This document shows, piece by piece, positions 35,430-49,203 of a stretch of DNA of 64,000 nucleotides (its first letter is position 1; each line of letters begins with the position of its first letter). This stretch comes from Paraphysomonas bandaiensis (Eukaryota; Protista; Chrysophyceae). Position numbers and translations under genes: made by a program. Below the pieces are notes generated by a model. It saw only the letters and a list, made by a program, of their open reading frames with translations, was not told where the DNA came from and ran no database searches. The stretch lies in contig CBFFRP010000059.1 in NCBI GenBank assembly GCA_965644295.1, positions 81,147 through 145,146 of the forward strand, read 5' to 3'.

Positions 35430-38400
35430 ATGGCTGAAGCATTTCAGCGCAATAAACTCTATGAATATCGTGCCAATTCTAATCTTGTATTAGAAGCAGA
35501 TAGAGAGGTAAGAAGAAGAGCAGATGAGGCTACTGGTGAAGTCGAGACATTACATGGTAAACTAGGATCTGTACGTATGGGAGATCGATTAGAAAGAGAT
35601 AAACATGAAGATTTAAATGATCGTATAAAGAAAGCGAATGCAAAAAGACAATTAGAAGAGGCAAATAGGGAGGAGAGCAAGAGAAAAAAACGAAATGCTG
35701 GAGTATTTATTGCAGGAAAAGGATCCAACGTTCTCTCTGTTACTGAAAGTATGGACTCGATTAATTATCGTCCGAAAACGCGTGAATCCCGCATGGCTTA
35801 CGAGGAAATGTTGAATTTTATCCAAATATCACTCGGGGACCAGCCGCAGGATATCTTGATGGGTGCTGCTGAGGAGGTACTGTCTATCCTTAAAGACGAT
35901 TCCATGCGAGACCCTGATCGTCACAGAGAGATTGAAAAAATTCTTTCTCGCATCCCGTCCGAGAAGTTTCATAAATTGGTAAATCTAGGGAAACAGATTA
36001 CGGACTTTAATGTGGGCGGGGAAGAGGAGGAGACAACTCGAATGGACGAAGGTGTTGGAGTAGCTGTAGTATTTGATGATGACGAAGATGAAATGAATGA
36101 TGATCTCAGCGAGGAACATGATAGCGATGAAGATGATGATGGGGGCGTGGAGACAATGGGGGGAACCCAGCTTAAGGGTGTGGATGATGAGGAAGGTGAT
36201 GCTGACGCCGATAATCAATTCACACTCTCGGTCCATGATATTGATGCCCACTGGCTTCAGAGACAGCTCTCCAAGTTCTACAATGATGCGAATGTATCTG
36301 CGAAGCTGGCAGAAGATACTTTAAATATCCTCCAGATCTCGGACGAAAGAGGATGCGAGAACGAACTTGTGGTATTGCTGGACTTCAACAAATTCGATTT
36401 CATCAAATTATTGCTAAGAAACCGCGCCAAGATTCTGTATTGCACGAAGTTGAAACAGGCACAGAGCGACGCAGAGCGAGAGGCAATAGAAAAAGAAATG
36501 CAAGCCGATATAGATGGTGGTGGAGCAGCTATACTCGATCAGCTCCAGCAGACTGCCACTGCAGAAAGCTGGGCGGCTGATCGTATTGGGGAGTTTGCGA
36601 ATAAGGCACGGCGGGAGGCACGGGCCCTCAACCGGTCAGGTGGAGATTCTCGAGGTGGAGATGAAGTTGAGGAGACTGTGGGGGGTGTGGGGGCGATACA
36701 GAATGGCCGCGGAAGCGGGGCCGGTGCGGAAAAGACTCTTGATCTGGATAGCCTTCAGTTTGCTGAGGGTGGACATCTGATGTCCAACAGCCGGTGTGAG
36801 CTGCCGGAGAAGAGCTGGCGAGCACAGAAGAAGGGATACGAGGAGGTTCATGTTCCGGCCTTACGTCCAATCATATCATCCAAAGAGAAGCTTGTACAGG
36901 TCACAGATCTTCCAGAGTGGTGTCAGCCCGCATTTCCTGGCGTCAAAGCACTTAATCGCATTCAGAGCCGCATGGTGGACTCGGCTCTACGGGGATCAGA
37001 TAATATACTTCTTTGTGCCCCTACTGGTGCTGGTAAAACGAACGTTGCGTTGATGTGCATGTTGAGTGTAATAAGTCAATACCGAAAAGATGATGGGAGC
37101 ATTGATTTAGATGGATTTAAGATCGTCTATGTTGCTCCAATGAAAGCCTTAGTGCAAGAGGTGGTTCAAAATTTTGGGAAGAAACTGGCACCCTTCGGAA
37201 TGACTGTGAGAGAGTTGTCAGGTGATCAGAATCTGACCCGGCAGCAGATTCAGGAAACTCAACTGATAGTTACTACTCCTGAGAAATGGGACATTGTAAC
37301 TCGTAAGGCTGGGGACAGAGCGTACACTCAGCTGGTACGATTGATGATCATCGACGAGATACATCTCCTACACGACGACAGAGGGCCAGTGCTGGAGGCA
37401 CTTGTAGCACGCACTATTCGGCAGATAGAGACTACACAGGATATGGTAAGAATGGTGGGTTTATCTGCGACCCTTCCTAATTTCGAAGATGTTGCAACTT
37501 TCCTTCGTGTTGACCCTGAGAAGGGGTTGTTTTTCTTCGATAACTCTTTCCGTCCTGTCCCGCTACAGCAGCAATATATTGGCGTGACAGAAAAGAAGGC
37601 TCTCAAACGTTTTCAATTAATGAATGAGATTTGTTATGAGAAAGTGCTCCAACATGCGGGCAGGAACCAAGTGCTTATATTTACCCACTCCAGAGCAGAG
37701 ACCGCAAAAACAGCCCGCGCTTTGCGGGATATGGCGATGGACAACGATGCACTGTCACAGTTTGTGAAAGAAGACAGCGCTTCTCGTGAGATTCTTCGAG
37801 AAGAGGGAGAAGCTGCCAAAAATCCGGATTTGAAAGATCTCCTTCCCCACGGGTTCGCTATACACCACGCTGGATTAGTACGCTCAGACCGGACCTTAGT
37901 CGAGGATCTGTTCGCTGACAAGCACGTGCAAGTGCTTGTCTCCACAGCAACTCTGGCTTGGGGTGTAAATCTTCCCGCTCACACAGTTATACTCAAAGGT
38001 ACACAGATGTATTCTCCCGAGCAAGGCCGGTGGGTGGAGCTATCACCTCTCGATATTATGCAAATGATGGGAAGAGCGGGACGGTATGGAATGGACTCCG
38101 AAGGAGAAGGGATAATAATAACCGCCCATTCGGAGCTTCAATACTATCTCTCTCTCATGAACCAACAGCTGCCGATCGAAAGTCAGTTCATAAAGAAACT
38201 ACCGGATATGCTGAATGCGGAGATTGTACTGGGAAGCGTCCAGTCTGTGCGAGAGGCTGCCACCTGGTTGGGCTACACGTATCTCTTCATTCGAATGCTG
38301 CGCAATCCAGAAATGTATAGCATTTCTGCGGACGAACTCAGTAGCGATCCAGTTTTAATGCAAAGAAGGGTAGATCTCGCCCATTCCGCTGCTGTGATTC

Positions 38401-41400
38401 TGGACCGACATAATCTTATTCGATACGACAGAAAATCAGGGATGTTTCAAGTAACAGCCCTAGGTCGGGTGGCAAGTCACTACTACGTTAGCCACGACAG
38501 CATCAATGTGTTCAATGAATACCTGAAACCCACAATGAGCGATATTGAAATATTTCGCCTATTTAGTCTTTCGGGTGAGTTTAAATACATTCATGTTCGC
38601 GAGGAAGAAAAACTTGAGTTAACAAAGCTTCTAACTCGAGTACCGATTCCCGTGAAAGAAGGTGTTGAGGAGCCAGCTGCCAAAGTCAATGTTCTCTTGC
38701 AATCATATATATCCAGGCTTCGCCTTGAGGTTTGAATCCAGACTTTCCTCTTATTTAACGATGGTAATTGTTTGTTCACAGGGTTTTGCGCTAGTAGCGG
38801 ACATGACTTACATCCAACAATCCGCATGCCGTTTGATGCGGTGCCTCTTTGAGGTGGCTCTCAAGCGTGGATGGGCTTCGCTTGCAAACAAGACCTTAGC
38901 AATATGTAAAATGGTTGAGCGACGGACTTGGGGATCGCAGTCTCCGCTGAGGCAATTCGGTTCTATTCCTGAGGTAATCATTCGTAAGCTCGAGAAGAAC
39001 AGTGATATCAACTGGGAAAGGTATTATGATCTCAAACCTCAGGATCTGGGTGAAATGGTCAAGATCCCAAAGATGGGGAAGACTTTGCACAAATACGTAC
39101 ATATGTTTCCAAAACTTGAATTGAGTGCACACTTTCAGCCTATCACTCGATCTCTTCTTATGGTGGACCTTACCATCACCCCTGATTTCCAGTTCGATTC
39201 ATCTGTAAGTTGATTTCTCGGTAGTTTGTATTACTAGTGATATTCTGGCAGGTTCACGACTACTCTCAGTTATTTTGGGTTATTGTTGAGGACGTGAATG
39301 GAGAATCTATCCTCCATCACGAGGCCTTTATCCTGCGGAAAAATTATGCGTCCGAGGAACATCACATGAGCTTTTCTGTCACTCTTACGGACCCTTTGCC
39401 ACCCCAGTATTTTATCCGAGTTGTGTCCGACCGCTGGATGCATGCCGAGACTGTCCTGCCCGTGTCGTTCAGACATATTCTTCTGCCACACAAATACCCA
39501 CCTCCTACAGAGCTCTTAGATTTACAGCCTCTACCTGTGTCAGCATTGCGCAATTCTCGTCACGAAACCCTCTTCAGTGGCACATTCAAGCACTTTAACC
39601 CCATCCAAACCCAGACCTTTTCGGCACTCTATGAAGGAGATGATAATGCTCTTGTATGTGCTCCTACTGGATCAGGAAAGACGATATGTGCAGAGTTCGC
39701 CATGCTTCGCTTGTTCTCTGGTAACCCTAATGCACGCTGTGTGTATATCACACCGAAACAGGTATGCCGGCTTTGTATGGTTTCGCTGCTTTATATATAA
39801 TCACTGTTGATACAGGAAACCTGTGACCTCATGTATGAACACTGGCGCGAGCGTTTTCAAGACAAATTGGGATTATCCGTCGTGAAGTTGGTTGGCGATA
39901 TCACACCTGACCTTAAGCTTCTAGAGACCGGAAATGTTATTGTGTCAACTGCAGTCCAGTGGGACGTTCTGAGTCGACGCTGGAAGCAAAGAAAGGTCAT
40001 TCAGAATATCGCGCTGTATGTGTTCGATGAGGTTCATCTGATCGGAGGAACCGACGGGGCTACACTGGAAATTGTTGCTTCACGTGCACGATACGTCGCC
40101 TCCCAATTAGGCAATAAGGTTCGTGTTGTTTTGCTTGGGTCTTCCATCGCAAATGCAAAGGATATTGCTGATTGGATGGGTGTTCCTAATCATGCGATGT
40201 ACAACTTCCCTCCTTCTGTACGACCAGTTCCCCTAGAGATTCATATGCATGGTTTCGAGACCAACCATTTCGGGAACCGCTTGCTATCTATGGCAAAGCC
40301 CACGTATACGGCTATTGTTGGACACTCCCCGGACAAGCCCGCCTTGGTGTTCGTTCCTTCCCGGAAGCAGTGCCAGTTAACGGCTATTGATATCATTACA
40401 TACGCCGCCGCTGGAGGTACTACGGATAGATTCCTACACACAGATCCGGAAAATCTGAAAGACGTGCTGGAAACCTTTAAAGAACCTGCCCTAGCACAGA
40501 CTGTGGCTCATGGTGTTGGGTTTGTTCATATGGGTCTTACCCGCAGTGATAAGAACCGCGTTCTTGGACTCTATAGGGACGGAATTATTCAAGTTCTTGT
40601 GTGCCCCTTCGATATGTGCTGGTCCCTTTCTACCCCTGCTCACCTCGTAGTTGTGATGGAAACCACCTACTACGATGGCAAAGAGCATAGTTTTGTGAAC
40701 TATAGCATTACGGACATCATGCAAATGCTCGGACTGGCAAGTCGCCCGCTCACAGACGACACTGGCAAGGCTGTGATTCTTTGCCACGCTCCAAAGAAGG
40801 ATTTTTTGAAGCGCTTGGTAAATGACCCCCTTCCAGTAGAATCTCATATTGACCAATTTCTTCACGATCACTTAAATGCTGAAATTGTGACGAAGACGAT
40901 TGAAAACAAACAGGATGCAGTGGATTATTTAACATGGACTTTCTACTATCGCCGCCTCACACAAAATCCAAATTACTACAATCTTCAGGGCACCAGTCAC
41001 CGTCATTTATCTGACCACCTCTCTGAACTGATTGAGAGCACAATTGCGGATCTTGAAGAGTCGAAATGCATTGCTGTGGAAGATGATATTGATCTCTCTC
41101 CTCTCAACCTGGGTATGATTGCTAGCTACTATTATATTCAGTACACAACGGTGGAGTTGTTTGCCTCGAGCATCACAGCAAAGAGTAAACTAAAGGGCTT
41201 ATTAGAAATCCTCTCATCCGCCTCGGAGTATTCTTCTCTCAGTATCCGGCAATCAGAAGAGACAATATTATCGAAACTGGCGAAACATCTTCCTCAGGCC
41301 CTCCCAGCCTCTGCTTCGTACGAAAACCCGTCTACCAAAGCTCTGCTGCTACTACAGGCCCATTTTTGCCGTCGTCTCTTGGGGGTGGATCTGATATCGG

Positions 41401-42236
41401 ACCAAAAAATTGTTCTCACCAAAGCCCCAAAATTGATTCAATCTTTGGTGGATGTTATATCGTCTCAAAGCTGGCTGCGTCCTGCCCTTGCTTCCATGGA
41501 GCTTTCCCAAATGATTGTGCAAGGGCAATGGGACAAGGACTCTGTCCTGCTTCAAATCCCTCACTTTACAGCTGAAATTATATCTCGGTGCAAGCAGAAT
41601 GATCCGCCAGTCGAAAGTGTGTTTGACATTCTAGATCTCGAAGATGAGGACAGAGACAGACTCCTCCAGTTATCATCAGAAAAAATGTCTGATGTTGCTG
41701 TCTTCTGTAATGCCTATCCCAATATTGAGCTGTCATACGATGTGAGTGCTAAAGAGGGTGAAGAGGTAAGTGTTGGCACTAGAATTTATGTTTCCAGTGT
41801 ATTTTACATGTATATGCCTCAGGTGGAAGCGGGAGATACGGTCACGGTTATGGTCACTCTACAACGAGAAATAGACGAAGAAGATGAGATTGACCCTTCC
41901 ACCATTGGGAAAGTCGTCTGCCCTCGCTACCCAACAGAGAAGGTAGAGGGGTGGTGGCTGGTGGTAGGTGATACCAATTCGAATTCTCTGCTCTCAATTA
42001 AGAGGATGAATATTGGCTCTCGCAGTAAGGTATGTGTCTTTCTGAAGTTTATTCAGTGTGTTTTAATGACTTATACGATGGTGTAGGCAAAACTTGAGTT
42101 TTCAGCTCCTGATGACCCTGGAGATTATAATCTTACGCTATATCTCATGAGCGACAGCTATTTGGGCTGTGATCAGGAGTATGAAATACCTTTAACGGTG
42201 GTCGCAGGTGACGACGATATGGATGATGAGGAATAG
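35430..42236 (+). CDS. BRR2: U5 snRNP 200-kDa RNA helicase, multi-exon
   Basis: [12 protein letters not shown]-terminus, two Ski2-like helicase cassettes ([13 protein letters not shown] and [13 protein letters not shown]), Sec63 units and the C-terminal [12 protein letters not shown]. Confidence 0.98.
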
Positions 42237-43002
42237 TTGAATTAGTCTTCAGGAAGCAGCATTCGTACTTCGCATTTCGCCACAGTGGCAATGTTCCATT
42301 AGCATATCGGTAGGCTTTTAGTATGCAGCATATTTGCCAGGAGTATATCCACTATATATGGCTTGAAATTGTAATGTCATAAACACACATCATAACCCTC
42401 ATATTTGTTGTTGCCATATCGCAATGTTGTGCTGTGGTTAAGTACACGACTACCAAATGGTCATGCAATATTTCCCCTTTTATTTGTATAGCTTCGTTTC
42501 GAAGAATCACAAAAAAGTTATCGACATATTTGCTTGCACATCACATTCAGTGCCCTTTTACCTCATACGACCTGTGTGAACTCTTCGCTCGAAGAGTGTC
42601 ACAACCAGCTGTTATTCTGGGGTCTCAAGTGTAAATTACGGTGTAAGCCCGTGAGCCTATCATTGTTAACATGTGATAGATCTCATTTAAAATTTCAACA
42701 CTGCGCGATCTATACAGTTAAGTGTTGTAGCTATCATCTGTAGAGTTGCGACTTGCTCAGTCGAAATTAATTTGTTACAATCTATAGTTACAGCATACAA
42801 CACAGTGTTGAGCTTTGCTGTTGGAGAGCAATAAAGCTGTAGTTCAAAGGTACTTGAATCTTGAATTATAACTGTTAATGGAAGAATACAGAAGTGGTAA
42901 GCTGTATTGTGGGAAATTATGTCATGATAACAATCATAGTAGTGAAACTGAAATAGACCGTATACGATCGTGATATATCTAAGATTTTATGGAAATGATT
43001 TG

Positions 43003-46000
43003 TGTTAGAAATAGACATTTTTAGTAATAAGACCTTTGTTAACACTTATATGGAATATTATATAATTATAAGAGATACCATACTTCATTCATTGACGTTC
43101 ACCAACTCTTTCTATCTCTACTACACCAACCATTTCTAGTACGATCTTACATCGTCACTATCTTGTACAGTCAGTATATTTCAGTTTTATCACTACAATG
43201 GCTATCATATTATTGGTTCTCATACTACAGCTAGCTACTACTGTATTCTTTGAGTAACGGATATAATTCTAATATCTTGGAAACTACAGCTTTTAATTGC
43301 TCACAAACAGCAAAACTCAACACTCCCTCTCAATTCAAAGCTGTAACACATGGCATAACTGACGGATACGCAACCACCGAAACCGTATAGGACAAACCGG
43401 TGGACGTATGGCTCCGACGTTTCAGCTAGCCTCTCCGTAGACAACACGTTTATGAGCCTCTGTTTCGTTTGTATGAATTCTCTCTGATGACATCCACAGA
43501 TGACTTCTGATCTTCTCCTAGACATCTCTTTCTATGCTTCTCGTATATAACGCCACACAAAGATTTCGTAAATATGTCTGCAGTCTGGTTATCAGTTCCA
43601 ACGTGATACAATATCGCAGTGTTAAAACGTCCTTCTGGATCTACATGTTCACGCACCCAGTGGTATTTGATTTCAATGTGTTTTGATCTTTTGTGGAACA
43701 CTGGATTTAATGCTAGATCACGAGCACTCTGGCTATCTAAAAAAAATGGAGTGGGTTCGTACAGTCGAAGTCCCAATTCGGCCAACACCCCCCGAAGCCA
43801 CACCAGTTCTTGCATGCCAGCGTACATAGCTTGGTACTCACTCTGCATTGAAGACGTAGACACAGTAACTTGTAAGATTGATTGCCAGGTGAGTGGTCCA
43901 CCTGCTGCAAACACAATGTATCCAGTTGTCGACCTTCGTGACACAGTATCGCCTGCCCAGTCAGCGTCTGTGAAAATATGCATGTCAAAGCTCTTACCAC
44001 TGAACCGAATACCTTTCCGCACAGTACCCCTGATGTATTGTAACAAATAAGTCATCAACTTGCATGTAGCCTTTGTTGGTTTCGAAGCATATCGTGACAA
44101 TAGGCCAACAGCATACGCAATATCTGGACGCGTATTCATTGATAGATATAGCATGGCACCTAGTAAGCTACGATAGGGATAATTGTCGACTCCCTCTTCC
44201 TCCTGAGATGAGTTCTCACTATCAGTGCAATTAATCCTGTCCATGGCATCTACAGGTAGTGGGGATTTGCGAACTTTGTTTGAAGGTCCAAGGAATGCTG
44301 CATATTTGGTGAGAATTTTTTCAGCGTATGTCGATTGGTCAAGTTGAATATAATTCTTGGTCCTTGTAACTCGAACGTTGAGAAAATGCTCTAATTCTCC
44401 CATGTCTGACATGTCAAATCTTTCACAAAACCGTTTCTTGATTTCTGTCAAAATAGTCAGATCCGCACAAGCGATTACTATATCATCAACGTATATGGTT
44501 AAGTACACACGATGACCTTTGTACATCATATAATATAGACATGGTTCTAAAATGCAGGGTTTGAATCCCAAAGACTTTATAAATCCATGTATGGTCTTCC
44601 ACCATGAACGTGGAGAACTCCGAAGGCCATATAGTGAGCGATATAGTTTGAAACAGTGTCCTGGTGGCAACTGAAAATCGGGAGGAGGGTCCATGTACAC
44701 GTCTCCTTCGATTTTAGCATAACAGAATGCATTCGACACGTCAAGTTGATGGATGTGCATACTAAACATGAAAGCAAGGGCAATGATTAGTCTAACCGTA
44801 ATCGATTTCACCACAGGAGCAAATGTATTTTCGACGTCTATACCTGTCCTTTGACCATATCCCAGAGCGACCAGACGAGCTTTATGCTTTTTTATTGATC
44901 CATCTTTATTGTATTTTCGTTTGAACACATATCTGGACTTTAGAGGTCTAACACCAGGTGGCGTCTCAACGACATTAAACACTTCCCGCTTGAATAATGC
45001 ATTCCGTTCTAATCGTCTAGCTTCCTTCCAATTTGAAGCTTCAGGACATGTCAATGACTCTTCATACGTCTCAGGCTCTCTATAAGTAGACGAGTTAGAC
45101 ATAAGTGCGCAATCACTCTCATCACACAAGTTAACAATCTCCTCGTCATGGAGAAGGTTTACCTCACCCAGGGTGGACACATTAGTCAACACCCTTCGGA
45201 TTCGCGTACGTTTACCACTGGTCTCCCTTGACTCAGCATGTACAGTACCACTATTCTCACTTGGCACACAAGAAGGTACATTCTCAAAGACACGATTCGC
45301 GCTGACCCCACTCGGTACAGCACCCGCACTACTCTCCGGCAAAGTACGAAGGGACATTCTCTTCCCTGGAATCTCATCCGCCGTAGACTTATTGGGCGTG
45401 TCACCCGAAGCCGGCGTAGATGACGATCCACCTCTCTTGTCGTCACAAGAACGAGGTTTTGAGTACAGCCTGCGGTTATAGTCACCAGTCAACTCGGCAA
45501 TATCACGTACGTGAATAGGGACTTTTTCTTCTATCTGCTCTTTCCCAGCAGTTACTAGCGCCCTAAACGCCACAATTAGTCCTTTTCGCACCACAACTCT
45601 CGTAGTCTTGAAGAGAAACCCGTCGTCCACATGATACGAACCAATCAGATGTTTAAACTCTTCAACTGATCGATCTAATGGGTCAGTTTTGACTAAGGCC
45701 TCTTCAAGCTCTGCATAGTACTCCTTATCTCTTGGAGGTATACTTTCATCATACAGAACATGTACTGATACGACTTCTTTGTCACCAAGCCACACACGGG
45801 ATCCCTTTTTCGTATTGGATAGACCTATGAAATACCCAGTCTGCGACTTCTCCTGCCAGTCCTTTCGACGATCACCTTTGGGAATAAGCACATAAGCCTT
45901 GCACCCCCAGCGTCGAAATCTCGATAAGTCAGGGACTGAACCTCCTGGGACGCATTCCATTGGAGACATCCAACCTCGATATGTACGTGTAGGCATTCGT

Positions 46001-48517
46001 CGAACTATCATGCATGCATATACATAAGCATCCCACCAAAAAATTACGGGTAATCCTGAGTCCATTAACAGAGCCAGAGTCATTTCTCCCAATGTTCGAT
46101 TCCTACGCTCAGATACACCATTCATCTCAGGGCTGTCTGTGGAGCTCCAAGTGATGCTAGTTCCAAACTTGCTCATTAAGTATTGCTGAATGGACTTGTC
46201 GATCAACTCAGCCCCCCCATCCGAATGGTACTGTATCAACCGGTGTGAACCGGGATATGTAGGGAGTTTACGCTCAACCCAGTCCTTCACGCAACTCAAC
46301 ACCTCATTCGCAGACCGTGTCTCCAACGGATATTCCCAAAACTCCTTGGTGGCTATATCTGATAATGTCAGAACATATTTGTATCCTTGTCTGGATGGGC
46401 AATTGAAATATACAGCAATGTCCACAGAAACCTTCTCAAGGAACTCTGTAGCTTGCAGTTCGTCATCTCTCTTTGCGGTGAATGATTTCCTTGTCATCTT
46501 TGATTTTGCGCAAGCTTTACAAATACCTTTCATTTTTCGTAAACTCTTCTTGCTGAGATGTCGTCGGGTTAATCCGCTCCCGGTAAAAAGTCTGTGTTTA
46601 AACGCTTCAATCAGCTTATGTTTGCTGACGTGTCCACAGCGCTTGTGTAACATCTCTAACGGATCTTCATGCACCTTGTCGGACAAATATACTTCCTCCA
46701 GCATTGTCAAATTTGGAAGATCAAGTATTTCCTGTAAATTTACATAAGGCATTCCGTTGCTTGAGTAGGTTGCCTCCAATACAGTCTCCCCAGTATCAAG
46801 TCGCACAACAGTGGGCTTGTTCAACAACTGCAATCCATACCCGTGAGAACGGAGTATTCCTCCAGAGCAGATATTCTTGACTGATCCAGGGCAGATCTTG
46901 ATGTCAGTCCAATCGCCAAAGCCTCCAGTTTCCTCATAGTGTAAACTGGATCCAGCTCTGGTTGTCTGTATATTTCCATCCTCCTTCTTGACCGTATGAA
47001 GGAAATTTCTGTCCTTAACAATGAACAGTTTATTAGAGGCACAGCTGTCTAAATACACGGGTTCATCGGAAGTGTGTAGCACCTCTTCAGAGACACATGA
47101 ATCATCATGCGGTTCCTCATACATAATCATGTTCACAGAGTCCGAATCTTCCTCTTGCTCCTCTCTCCGCAAAAAACGATTCCAATCTGTGCGTTTTGCA
47201 GGCTTTTCGTCCAAAAATGGCCGGTTTTTGTCTCCTTGGGCAGAGTCACTACGTACTTGAGCACGAAATTTGCACTTATACGCACGATGTCTGGTGTCTC
47301 CACATACATAGCAGCCATCTGATTTTTTCTTCTCGTTGTTGTCTCTGCGACTCTCAGATCGATTCCTAGCGCCACGACTCTTTCCCTGCCTTCTTAATTT
47401 CGCGATCTTAAGGTCTCTCTTCTTCTTCCAGCACGATTTCTGTGAGTGACCCCGTTTGCCACATTTGGGATAGCTGCACACCTCATTTTCATCAGCAGTG
47501 GAATTCATGTTTACTTCGTCGGTGCCTTCTTTCGGGACACCTTTTGCCTGATCGTATCTCCTGCATATGGTGATCATATCAATAAAGGTTATGTCACCTT
47601 GTAGGTAGAGATTGGTGTACAATTGCTCCAAATCGCTTCGTGTTTCGAGGGCAGTCTGTAACTTCGTTTTTTTAGCGATGTCAGTGGGTGGTTCCCCCAA
47701 CTCGGACATTTTTTGACAGATGCCGTTTAGTCGATCGATTGCTGCGCACACGAGTTCCCCCGGTAGAATTTTGAATCCTGCAAACTTCTTATTCAATTCA
47801 ACTAATTCATATTGGATTTCCCCTCGAAACCGAACAATTAACCTAGAGATGAGTTCACTCGCTAACTGCTCTTTATCAGGATGGTCCTGCGGGAGCATAT
47901 CCTTTTCCCGGAAGTACTGATCCACGATCTCAAGGGCTTCAGCGACTGGTTGAACAGCTTCAAATATCGAACTGATGCACGTGTCTTTCCTCTCCAGCCA
48001 CTTGTCCAGATCCTCCTTGTACTTATTTCGGACTGTCACTGGCGCATTATTTGCTGGTCTTACTGGACGGTCCTCTAGACCCAGATGGTTCCTGTTCTTC
48101 CTCATCAACCACACTTTCAGATTCTTTGACCAATTCACTACACCGAACTGATCAAATTTAGGAAGAAGTTTCCACTCCGAACTACTGTCTGCTACCATGT
48201 TAGAAATAGACATTTTTAGTAATAAGACCTTTGTTAACACTTATATGGAATATTATATAATTATAAGAGATACCATACTTCATTCATTGACGTTCACCAA
48301 CTCTTTCTATCTCTACTACACCAACCATTTCTAGTACGATCTTACATCGTCACTATCTTGTACAGTCAGTATATTTCAGTTTTATCACTACAATGGCTAT
48401 CATATTATTGGTTCTCATACTACAGCTAGCTACTACTGTATTCTTTGAGTAACGGATATAATTCTAATATCTTGGAAACTACAGCTTTTAATTGCTCACA
48501 AACAGCAAAACTCAACA
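43003..48517 (-). mobile_element. Intact, recent Ty1/Copia LTR retrotransposon
   Basis: 320-bp TG..CA LTRs at 43003-43322 and 48198-48517 with no differences seen. TSD ATTTG at 42998-43002 and 48518-48522. PBS TGGTAGCAG and PPT GAGAGGGAG. Confidence 0.98.
43450..48213 (-). CDS. Copia gag-pol polyprotein
   Basis: Single ORF with two Zn knuckles, protease YLDSCAS, HHCC plus DDE integrase, RT IYVDDI and RNase H FTDADW. Confidence 0.96.
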   Translation of the reverse strand: MSISNMVADSSSEWKLLPKFDQFGVVNWSKNLKVWLMRKNRNHLGLEDRPVRPANNAPVTVRNKYKEDLDKWLERKDTCISSIFEAVQPVAEALEIVDQYFREKDMLPQDHPDKEQLASELISRLIVRFRGEIQYELVELNKKFAGFKILPGELVCAAIDRLNGICQKMSELGEPPTDIAKKTKLQTALETRSDLEQLYTNLYLQGDITFIDMITICRRYDQAKGVPKEGTDEVNMNSTADENEVCSYPKCGKRGHSQKSCWKKKRDLKIAKLRRQGKSRGARNRSESRRDNNEKKKSDGCYVCGDTRHRAYKCKFRAQVRSDSAQGDKNRPFLDEKPAKRTDWNRFLRREEQEEDSDSVNMIMYEEPHDDSCVSEEVLHTSDEPVYLDSCASNKLFIVKDRNFLHTVKKEDGNIQTTRAGSSLHYEETGGFGDWTDIKICPGSVKNICSGGILRSHGYGLQLLNKPTVVRLDTGETVLEATYSSNGMPYVNLQEILDLPNLTMLEEVYLSDKVHEDPLEMLHKRCGHVSKHKLIEAFKHRLFTGSGLTRRHLSKKSLRKMKGICKACAKSKMTRKSFTAKRDDELQATEFLEKVSVDIAVYFNCPSRQGYKYVLTLSDIATKEFWEYPLETRSANEVLSCVKDWVERKLPTYPGSHRLIQYHSDGGAELIDKSIQQYLMSKFGTSITWSSTDSPEMNGVSERRNRTLGEMTLALLMDSGLPVIFWWDAYVYACMIVRRMPTRTYRGWMSPMECVPGGSVPDLSRFRRWGCKAYVLIPKGDRRKDWQEKSQTGYFIGLSNTKKGSRVWLGDKEVVSVHVLYDESIPPRDKEYYAELEEALVKTDPLDRSVEEFKHLIGSYHVDDGFLFKTTRVVVRKGLIVAFRALVTAGKEQIEEKVPIHVRDIAELTGDYNRRLYSKPRSCDDKRGGSSSTPASGDTPNKSTADEIPGKRMSLRTLPESSAGAVPSGVSANRVFENVPSCVPSENSGTVHAESRETSGKRTRIRRVLTNVSTLGEVNLLHDEEIVNLCDESDCALMSNSSTYREPETYEESLTCPEASNWKEARRLERNALFKREVFNVVETPPGVRPLKSRYVFKRKYNKDGSIKKHKARLVALGYGQRTGIDVENTFAPVVKSITVRLIIALAFMFSMHIHQLDVSNAFCYAKIEGDVYMDPPPDFQLPPGHCFKLYRSLYGLRSSPRSWWKTIHGFIKSLGFKPCILEPCLYYMMYKGHRVYLTIYVDDIVIACADLTILTEIKKRFCERFDMSDMGELEHFLNVRVTRTKNYIQLDQSTYAEKILTKYAAFLGPSNKVRKSPLPVDAMDRINCTDSENSSQEEEGVDNYPYRSLLGAMLYLSMNTRPDIAYAVGLLSRYASKPTKATCKLMTYLLQYIRGTVRKGIRFSGKSFDMHIFTDADWAGDTVSRRSTTGYIVFAAGGPLTWQSILQVTVSTSSMQSEYQAMYAGMQELVWLRGVLAELGLRLYEPTPFFLDSQSARDLALNPVFHKRSKHIEIKYHWVREHVDPEGRFNTAILYHVGTDNQTADIFTKSLCGVIYEKHRKRCLGEDQKSSVDVIRENSYKRNRGS

Positions 48518-49203
48518 ATTTGTAGTTGAGACAACATGAATTTGGCGATTGACTGTGAATGACAAGTGATGTTGATCACAATTCAATTATAGTATTACTA
48601 TTTTATAAGCTTATCATAGAGTGAAAGTCTTGTTCAGTTATGTCATTATCTAACACACAGACTTCTAATACTTGCACAGCTATGATCTATGATTAAGCTC
48701 CAGTGTATGTTATAGTATAAATAGCCTTCTTCTACTTGAATATCTATGATCTATGATTGAGTTCCAGTGTATGATATAGTATAAATAGACGATAGATATG
48801 AAGTAAGCAAAACGAATTTTAAGTAAGATTGGTGACAACGGGTTTGACTATGGCTCAATGACTCATGATACATACTGGCCATCATAATAAGAGTGCACTG
48901 CTGTATACACACGTACATGTATGTATCAATATCACCTAACCCCAATAGATATTTTGGGTCGTTAAATTCTGCAATATGATTGGCTTAATTTCCATATGAA
49001 ACTATTCATATATGCCACAGTCTGAATCACTGAAATTATTGCCCCATTCCGAGGGCGTGACAAAAAAAAGAAAACAAAACGAATCCACAGCACGAAAGGC
49101 GCCTCGTAAAAAAACAGTGACCCAGTTCTGAAGTTGTTCCCACCTTCGGTCCTGTAAAATCAGCAAATGTTGGACCAAAACTAACTTCTCAGAGAAGTAA
49201 CAA

